From the NCBI GenBank assembly GCA_947085495.1, contig CAMTWJ010000002.1:170969-194968 (forward strand): a stretch of 24,000 nt of DNA. The letters run 5' to 3'. Position 1 is the stretch's first letter, and each line of letters begins with the position of its first letter. The notes beneath the pieces are model-generated. The model was not told the origin of the DNA and did no database searches. It saw only the letters and a program-made list of their open reading frames with translations. This DNA is from an uncultured Candidatus Saccharibacteria bacterium. Lineage in GTDB: Bacteria > Patescibacteriota > Saccharimonadia > Saccharimonadales > 2-12-FULL-41-12. The translations under genes and the position numbers were made by a program. Below, one piece after another: positions 13,456 to 21,318 of the stretch.

Positions 13456-14244
13456 TTGAGATTTCTGTTTGCAGACGATGGTCCGCATATTGTAATCGCC
13501 CCAGAAAAGTTGTTTGAAGTTGGGGGCTACCCCATCACGAACTCAATGATCTATGGCTGGCTTTGTGCCACCCTGATAATTGTTGGCTTTTACCTTGCAC
13601 GCCGAGCGATCAAGCTGGGTGGTAACAAGGGTATTTCGCAACTGCTCGACGTAGGCACCGAATTTATCGTAGGACTACTCGAAAACACCTTGGGCAGCCG
13701 TAAGATGGCCGTAAAATATGCGCCAATCTTTGCCAGCATGTTCTTCTTTATCATGTTTAGCAATTGGCTCGGGCTACTGCCTGGTGTGGGCCCAGCGATT
13801 GAATATAACGGCAGTGCACTCTTTAGAGCCTTTACCGCAGACCTGAACGCTACCATAGCTATGGCATTGTTTGGCATGGTGCTGGTGCAAGTCTTGGCAA
13901 TTAAAGAAAACGGGCCAAAAGGGCATGTAAAACACTACTTCCCCCTAAAAGCTACCAACCCCCTTACCTACTTGATCGGAAGTTTTGAAATATTTACCGA
14001 GTTTACTCGTTTGCTAAGCCTTGGGCTTCGACTTTTCCTAAACGTAGCGATTGGTGAAGTGTTGATATCTGTTGCCAGCTACCTGGGCGGAACTGTTGCA
14101 GCGCCTATTGCGGCCCTACCGTTTACCTTACTTGAGATTTTTGTTGGCGCCCTTCAGGCGTATATTTTTGTCGTACTTTGTGCAGCGTACTTAGCAGCAA
14201 CCACTGCTGGGCACGGTGATGATCATCAGGAAGCGAAAGCATAA
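13456..14244 (+). CDS. atpB: F-type ATP synthase Fo subunit a
   Basis: 262-aa polytopic ORF with a TTG start. The conserved arginine region is RLLSLGLRLFLNVAIGE, and the C-terminal helix carries QAYIFVVL. Confidence 0.92.
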   Translation: MRFLFADDGPHIVIAPEKLFEVGGYPITNSMIYGWLCATLIIVGFYLARRAIKLGGNKGISQLLDVGTEFIVGLLENTLGSRKMAVKYAPIFASMFFFIMFSNWLGLLPGVGPAIEYNGSALFRAFTADLNATIAMALFGMVLVQVLAIKENGPKGHVKHYFPLKATNPLTYLIGSFEIFTEFTRLLSLGLRLFLNVAIGEVLISVASYLGGTVAAPIAALPFTLLEIFVGALQAYIFVVLCAAYLAATTAGHGDDHQEAKA

Positions 14245-14295
14245 CTGGTATGAATAAAGTAATTAATAATAAGAAGTAAAACATAAGGAGTTACT

Positions 14296-14526
14296 ATGGA
14301 TTTACTAGCAGAAACAGTTAACACAGCGGTACTTGCCAAGGGTATTATCATCGGTTTTGGTGGTTTGGGCCCAGCAATCGCTTTAGGAATTATGGGTGCA
14401 GCTTACATGAACGCTGTGAGCCGTAACCCTGAGAGTGCAAAGTTCTTGAGCACCCTGTTCATCTTTGTTGGTATGGCTGAATTCTTTGGAATCGTAGCCA
14501 TCGGTGCATTCTTTATCGTTAAATAA
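14296..14526 (+). CDS. atpE: F-type ATP synthase Fo subunit c
   Basis: 76-aa hairpin protein. The loop reads RNPES and the ion-binding carboxylate lies in FVGMAEFFGIV. A strong SD (TAAGGAG) lies upstream. Confidence 0.93.
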   Translation: MDLLAETVNTAVLAKGIIIGFGGLGPAIALGIMGAAYMNAVSRNPESAKFLSTLFIFVGMAEFFGIVAIGAFFIVK

Positions 14527-14537
14527 CAAGGAAATAC

Positions 14538-15080
14538 ATGATTAACGTTTTACTAACACAATTTGCGAGCGAAACAGCCGAAGAATCTTCGGGCTTTGCT
14601 GCATTGGGCTTTGACCCTAAAGCGTTCTTGATCCAGCTGATCACGTTCCTTTTTGTCTTCTATATATTGAAGCGCTACGTGTTTGGTCGTGTAGTGGACT
14701 TGCTGGAAAAGCGTCGCATGACCATCGAAGATGGCGTGCGTCTGACTACCGAGATTCGAGAGCAAAAGGAAAAGCTCGACAAAGAAGTCGAGAAGATCCA
14801 AAAAGACGCCCGCAAGCACGCAGACGAGGTAATTAGCGAGGCGCAGGCGCAGTCTGGCGTAATCTTGAAGGAAGCTGAAGAATCAGCCCAAGCCAAGATT
14901 GAGATCTTGCTAACCGAAGCTGGTAAGAAGATTGAGCAAGAGACACAACGTGCTCGAGCAGCTGTCGAAAAAGAAGCGGTTGAGCTCGTAATTAAAGCGA
15001 CTGAAGTGATTGCTCGTGAGAAGATTGATACCAAGAAAGACCAGAGCTTGATAGCTAACGCTCTAAAGGAGCAAGCATAA
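14538..15080 (+). CDS. atpF: F-type ATP synthase Fo subunit b
   Basis: 180 aa with a single N-terminal TM helix followed by a long charged coiled coil (KEKLDKEVEKIQKDARKHADEVISEAQ...). It occupies the canonical operon position. Confidence 0.88.
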   Translation: MINVLLTQFASETAEESSGFAALGFDPKAFLIQLITFLFVFYILKRYVFGRVVDLLEKRRMTIEDGVRLTTEIREQKEKLDKEVEKIQKDARKHADEVISEAQAQSGVILKEAEESAQAKIEILLTEAGKKIEQETQRARAAVEKEAVELVIKATEVIAREKIDTKKDQSLIANALKEQA

Positions 15081-15081
15081 G

Positions 15082-15474
15082 ATGAGTACTTATTCTCGTA
15101 CTGCCCTAGCCGATTTTGTAGCAAGCAAGATGAACGGCTCTCCAAAGAAGGTTGCCCAGCAAGTTGCTGCCTATTTGGTAGAAACTGGCCACACCAGCGA
15201 CCTGAGCTCACTCGAACGAGATGTGCTGACTATTTTGGACGAGCAAAAAGGGATTGTTGAATTGACCGTAACCAGTGCGCATGCACTTACGGCAGTCGAG
15301 AAGAAACAGATTGAAAAGCTTGTAAAGAGTATTCACCAAGACGTGAAGAAAATTGTAATAAATGAGCAAATTGACACAGATGTAATTGGTGGAATCCGTT
15401 TGGAATTCCCCCACCAAAGTCTGGATTTGACCGTAAGAAGTAAATTGAACCAGCTAAGGTCACTGACCAGTTAA
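15082..15474 (+). CDS. atpH: F-type ATP synthase F1 subunit delta (OSCP), unusually short
   Basis: 130 aa in the operon position between b and alpha. The C-terminal OSCP-like motif is VIGGIRLEFPHQSLDLTVRSKLNQL. Confidence 0.8.
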   Translation: MSTYSRTALADFVASKMNGSPKKVAQQVAAYLVETGHTSDLSSLERDVLTILDEQKGIVELTVTSAHALTAVEKKQIEKLVKSIHQDVKKIVINEQIDTDVIGGIRLEFPHQSLDLTVRSKLNQLRSLTS

Positions 15475-15486
15475 GGAAAGGAAATA

Positions 15487-17022
15487 ATGAGCGACGTATC
15501 CGTAAAAGAACTATCGGCTGACATCAAAAAAGCCATTGATCAGCTAAAAACCCGTCCAGAGGTTGAAAATGTAGGCATTGTAACTCGTGCCGCAGATGGT
15601 ATCGCTTGGATATATGGTCTTCGTGGCTGTGGATCCAACGAAGTGCTAGAGATTGAAGGAGTAAATGGCGAAACTGTATCAGCTTTTGCTCTAAACCTAA
15701 GTGAAAACGAAATTGGTGCCGTGCTGCTTGGTAGCGACCAATTAGTACAAGCAGGTGGCAAGGTAAAACTAACTGGACGATCTTTGGACGTGCCAGTTGG
15801 CCCAGAACTTGTTGGCCGTGTGGTTGACCCACTTGGTCGCCCACTCGACGGTAAAGGCCCGATTAAGGCTAAAGAACGTGGCCCGATTGAGCAGAATGCT
15901 CCAGGTGTGCTTGCCCGAAAGAGTGTGCACGAGCCACTTATGACTGGTTTGACCGCTATTGACGCTATGGTACCTATCGGGCGTGGTCAGCGTGAGCTGA
16001 TTATTGGTGACCGACAAACTGGTAAAACAGCGGTTGCAATTGACACGATGATTAACCAGCACCGACAAAAAACCGGTGTGGTAAACATCTATGTTGCGAT
16101 TGGCCAAAAAGCTAGTAAGGTTGCCCGACTCGTAGAGCGATTGCAGCGTGAAGGCGTGATGGATCAGACAATTATTGTTGCTACGTCAGCTGCCGACCCT
16201 GCAAGTTTGCAGTATCTTGCACCGTACGCAGGAACTGCCATGGGTGAGTATTTCCGAGATTACAAACAGCACGCTTTGATCATCTATGATGACCTTTCAA
16301 AGCACGCAGCTGCATACCGACAGATGAGTTTGTTGCTTCGACGTCCACCAGGACGAGAGGCTTTCCCTGGTGATGTGTTTTATCTTCACTCACGACTTTT
16401 GGAACGATCTGCAAAACTATCTGACGAAATGGGCGGTGGTAGCTTAACTGCCTTGCCGATCATCGAAACTCAGGCTGGTGACATTAGCGCATATATCCCA
16501 ACCAACGTGATTTCTATCACAGATGGTCAGATTTTCCTCGAAACAGACTTGTTCTACCAAGGTATTCGACCAGCTATTTCGGTTGGTACATCTGTATCTC
16601 GTGTAGGTGGCTCTGCTCAGACCAAAGCGGTTAAGAGTGTGGCCGGAAGTCTTCGACTTAACTTGGCGCAGTTCCGTGAACTTGCTGCCTTTGCGCAGTT
16701 TGGTAGCGACCTTGATGCCGAAACCAAACACCGAATTGACCGTGGTCAACGACTTACCGAACTTTTGAAGCAACCTCAGTACAGCCCGTACTCTGTCTGG
16801 GAACAGACTGCAATGTTGATGGCAGCTACCGAAGGTGCTTTTGACAAAGTGAGCGTCAATGACGTCCAGAAGTGTAAAGAAGCGTTCTTGAGCGATCTAA
16901 AACGAAAGCACAAGAAAGAAATGGAAACACTGAACAAGGGTGACAAGCCAGATGACAAGCTTAAAAAAGCTATCTTGGCAGTTGCCGAAACTGTAAGCAA
17001 AGACTACAAGGAACAGAAGTAG
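15487..17022 (+). CDS. atpA: F-type ATP synthase F1 subunit alpha
   Basis: 511 aa with Walker [20 protein letters not shown], and the typical alpha-subunit segment [24 protein letters not shown]. Confidence 0.97.
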   Translation: MSDVSVKELSADIKKAIDQLKTRPEVENVGIVTRAADGIAWIYGLRGCGSNEVLEIEGVNGETVSAFALNLSENEIGAVLLGSDQLVQAGGKVKLTGRSLDVPVGPELVGRVVDPLGRPLDGKGPIKAKERGPIEQNAPGVLARKSVHEPLMTGLTAIDAMVPIGRGQRELIIGDRQTGKTAVAIDTMINQHRQKTGVVNIYVAIGQKASKVARLVERLQREGVMDQTIIVATSAADPASLQYLAPYAGTAMGEYFRDYKQHALIIYDDLSKHAAAYRQMSLLLRRPPGREAFPGDVFYLHSRLLERSAKLSDEMGGGSLTALPIIETQAGDISAYIPTNVISITDGQIFLETDLFYQGIRPAISVGTSVSRVGGSAQTKAVKSVAGSLRLNLAQFRELAAFAQFGSDLDAETKHRIDRGQRLTELLKQPQYSPYSVWEQTAMLMAATEGAFDKVSVNDVQKCKEAFLSDLKRKHKKEMETLNKGDKPDDKLKKAILAVAETVSKDYKEQK

Positions 17023-17026
17023 ACAA

Positions 17027-17896
17027 ATGTCCAACATTACCTCGTTAAAACGCCGAATCGGCAGTGTCAAAAACACCAAGCAGCTTACCAAAGCTATGCA
17101 ATTGGTGGCTGCTAGTAAGATGCGCCGGGCTCAGACCAGCGCTCTTGCCTCTCGACCGTATCGAGAAAATGCATTTAATATTTTTGGTCGCATGAGTGAG
17201 ATTAGTGATGTTGCGACGCATCCATTGTTTTCTCGCCGAACTGTTAAGAACAAGCTGAGCATTGTGATTACGAGTGACCGGGGTTTGGCTGGGGCATACG
17301 ACAGTAATGTCCTAAAAGTTTTGGCAGCTAGTCTAGCAGACAGCAAGAAGAACCACGCTAATGCCCAGGTGATTACTATTGGCCGGCAAGCTGGCCGATT
17401 TGTGTCACGCTTGCAAGGCGTAAAAGTAGTTGGTGCTTACCCAATGTTTGGCAAAGAGCCGACTCCTGCAGATATTCGCCCAATTTTGACCACGGCACTT
17501 GAGCTGTTTGAGAGCGGCGAAGTAGATGCAGTTGAGGTGATCTATACCGAATTTATTTCGAACATTACCCAGACACCAAAATCTATCCAGGTACTCCCTG
17601 CCCCGCATTCGGAGGACGATAAAATTTCTGAGCTGGAGACAGCTATTTTTGAGCCGTCAATCGAAGCGATTGTAGAAGACGCTACGCTTCGCTTGATCGA
17701 GGCACAACTGTGGCAGGCACTTCTTGAGAGTCTGGCCAGTGAGCATTCTATGCGTATGATCGCTATGAAGAATGCAACCGACAATGCATCAGACATAATT
17801 GATGATCTAACACTAGAATTTAACACCGCACGGCAAGCAGCTATCACGCAGGAAATTGCCGAAATTGCCGGTGGTGCAGCGGCGGTAGGAGCATAA
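17027..17896 (+). CDS. atpG: F-type ATP synthase F1 subunit gamma
   Basis: 289 aa. The N-terminal segment is IKRRIGSVKNTKQLTKAMQLVAASKMRRAQ, and the C-terminal segment is ASEHSMRMIAMKNATDNA...LEFNTARQAAITQEIAEI. Confidence 0.95.
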   Translation: MSNITSLKRRIGSVKNTKQLTKAMQLVAASKMRRAQTSALASRPYRENAFNIFGRMSEISDVATHPLFSRRTVKNKLSIVITSDRGLAGAYDSNVLKVLAASLADSKKNHANAQVITIGRQAGRFVSRLQGVKVVGAYPMFGKEPTPADIRPILTTALELFESGEVDAVEVIYTEFISNITQTPKSIQVLPAPHSEDDKISELETAIFEPSIEAIVEDATLRLIEAQLWQALLESLASEHSMRMIAMKNATDNASDIIDDLTLEFNTARQAAITQEIAEIAGGAAAVGA

Positions 17897-18336
17897 TGAG
17901 TCACGAACAGCTACCAGAAGATTTCTCGATGGAAAAACAGCTTGAGGACGCAGCTGCTTTGGCAGCAGCGAGGCTCGTCATAAAAGGTGTAGTTGAAGAT
18001 AAGGATTTATCTCAAGCAGACTTTACATGGGGACTTGCTCGTGAGGATATAATTCTTGCGAGAACTAAAATTGCCGGTATGGCTCTTGGGCTTGACGACT
18101 TACATCATATATCTCCCGAAGTGGTCGACATGACTATGAATGTTATCTTTGATGACCTTGCCGACAAAGATCTTCCAAGGGACGTTTTAGATGTTAAGCC
18201 AGACGAAAAACTTGATCCAAGAGAACGAGAAATCCCAATTTTGCCGGACAACTTTGAAAAACTCTTGGCCGAGGATTTTAAGCGTTTTCAAAGTTGGTGG
18301 GATAAACCAGATGCATTTGATATAGAGTTGTTGTAA
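17896..18336 (+). CDS. Acidic hypothetical protein inserted between atpG and atpD (146 aa)
   Basis: Its ATG overlaps the atpG stop (TAATG at 17894-17898). It ends 15 nt before the atpD start. There is no TM helix, and it is rich in D/E. No family recognised. Confidence 0.6.
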   Translation: MSHEQLPEDFSMEKQLEDAAALAAARLVIKGVVEDKDLSQADFTWGLAREDIILARTKIAGMALGLDDLHHISPEVVDMTMNVIFDDLADKDLPRDVLDVKPDEKLDPREREIPILPDNFEKLLAEDFKRFQSWWDKPDAFDIELL

Positions 18337-19733
<1,397 letters not shown>

Positions 19734-19734
<1 letters not shown>

Positions 19735-20162
19735 TGATACGACTTCGACTCATTACTCTCAGCGGCGTGCACTTTGACGAAGATGTGCATGAAGCAATGA
19801 TCCCAACCCAGGCCGGAGATATTGCTATCTATGGAGGTCACGCTTCCCTGCTCAGCGTAGCTGCACCTGGAGTGGTGGCTATTCGAAAAGACCGAAAAGT
19901 CAAAGACGCTGACCGAGAATTTGTGGCTATCTATGGTGGAACAGTAGAAGTTCTAGACAATGTCATCACGGTTCTTGTAGATGAAGTTGACGACACGAGT
20001 GAAGTAAATGAAGCTGAAGCCCAAAAGGCGCACCAGCGAGCGCTAGAAATGAAAGATAAAGCCAAAGATGCTCTGTCGCTTCAGGAGGCTCAGAAGCTCA
20101 TCGACCGCTCAAGTGTTCGCTTGAAACTAGCTGGTCTCAAAAAACACAGCCATCGGCGCTAG
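19734..20162 (+). CDS. atpC: F-type ATP synthase F1 subunit epsilon
   Basis: 142 aa. Its start overlaps the atpD stop (TAATG). The fold pattern is an N-terminal beta-sandwich and a C-terminal helical region (EAEAQKAHQRALEMKDKA). Confidence 0.88.
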
Positions 20163-20186
20163 ATATAGTGTCCAGGCAGAAACACG

Positions 20187-20205
20187 ACACTACATGTGGT
20201 AGTGT
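20187..20205 (+). terminator. Hairpin downstream of atpC (weak terminator candidate)
   Basis: ACACTAC-ATGTG-GTAGTGT is a 7-bp stem. An alternative pairing is ATGTGG/CCACAT. No strong U-tract follows. Confidence 0.3.
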
Positions 20206-20253
20206 TGCCACATATTTGACTGAGTGCTAAAATGAGGGCTTCGTTTAAAAAAT

Positions 20254-21318
20254 ATGTTAGATAAATTCGAAAAAGGACCAGAAATAATTATGTCAGGAGC
20301 AGAGTCTACGCCCATGCAAGCCGAACAAGAATTAGAAAATATAAAAATTGAACGGATTGCCCCAGAAGGATTGGGCTTTGGCCATGGCAGCATATCGGTA
20401 CAAGATCGACTTGATTCAGGTGACCTTGACCAGGCAACCCTAGACGTAGTTGAGGGTATTGCGCACTCTGACTCGGCAATGGTTGTTGTAGATGCAGATG
20501 ACGATGGATGTCCTGATGGACGAAAAGCGGCAGCTATGATCATGGGACGTGATCGTCACACTGCGCCAAGTCATAAACACCGACCAAAGGTGTTTGGCGG
20601 TGGAGCGACTATGGCAACAGCAGCCTTGATCGGTAATGGAGCCGTTGACCCGAGCACAGAAACAATCTCGGAAGCGTTTGAATACGGTATTCACCGTCTT
20701 GAAAACGTTGGTCTTAACTTTGGAGGCCACTCTGCGGTAAAGACAGCAGATGGCAAGTCAGGCTGCGGTGCAATTGATGAAGCGCCAAATATTATCAAAA
20801 ACATTGTACGTTATAGAGAAGAAATAAAAGGTGTCATTGAGACTCTTATAGACCCAGAAGCAGACAAAGCAGAGCTAGACGGGATAATGGAGACAGCAAT
20901 AGACAATTTTGCAGCTGTGAGCGAGACAGAGTCATCGCAAGAACCTACAGAAGGTCAACAGCTAAGCGAGTACAAAGGTGGCTCTATCCTCTCCAAATTC
21001 CATCACAGAGAAAAGAAAATTGCCGAACTTGAAGGCGAGCACAAAGAAGTTGCGATTGTTATGAATATTGATGTTGCTGGTATGACCTTTGACCAAGATC
21101 GTGTGCGAGAAGAAACCAACGACGAGGCACAGGTTTTTGCAGTAGATGTGCCACGCATGAAGGATATTGCCGATGGAATGTTTGAGTACGATCATGACAA
21201 AAAGCAAGCACTTGTTTCTATGCTTATGTACTCACTCGGTACAGCTGCTACGCTTACCAAGGGTGACTTGCCGGTAGACGTTGTCTATCAAGGCCAAGAC
21301 CGCTACATAACTCTTTAG
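20254..21318 (+). CDS. Hypothetical protein (354 aa) with CxDxR ... H ... CGA motif arrangement
   Basis: Intact ORF, with an alternative start at M13 (20290). It contains DDDGCPDGR, VFGGGA and GGHSAVKTADGKSGCGAIDE. This order loosely parallels the beta-carbonic-anhydrase zinc-site motifs (CxDxR, HxxCG), but the H-C spacing is longer. No confident family assignment. Confidence 0.55.
   Translation: MLDKFEKGPEIIMSGAESTPMQAEQELENIKIERIAPEGLGFGHGSISVQDRLDSGDLDQATLDVVEGIAHSDSAMVVVDADDDGCPDGRKAAAMIMGRDRHTAPSHKHRPKVFGGGATMATAALIGNGAVDPSTETISEAFEYGIHRLENVGLNFGGHSAVKTADGKSGCGAIDEAPNIIKNIVRYREEIKGVIETLIDPEADKAELDGIMETAIDNFAAVSETESSQEPTEGQQLSEYKGGSILSKFHHREKKIAELEGEHKEVAIVMNIDVAGMTFDQDRVREETNDEAQVFAVDVPRMKDIADGMFEYDHDKKQALVSMLMYSLGTAATLTKGDLPVDVVYQGQDRYITL

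Noticed and set aside
14223-14229. CUGAUGA on the minus strand inside the atpB 3' end
   Set aside because: No GAAA element and no flanking helices. It is a chance heptamer within a conserved coding sequence.
14553-15211. Antisense ORFs (88 aa and 178 aa) opposite atpF/atpH. The same applies to antisense ORFs at 15524-16107, 16444-17091, 17131-17904, 18187-18882 and 19399-19677.
   Set aside because: All lie antisense to strongly recognisable ATP synthase genes. Their products are low-complexity and Ser/Cys/Arg-rich, as expected from the reverse frame of real genes.
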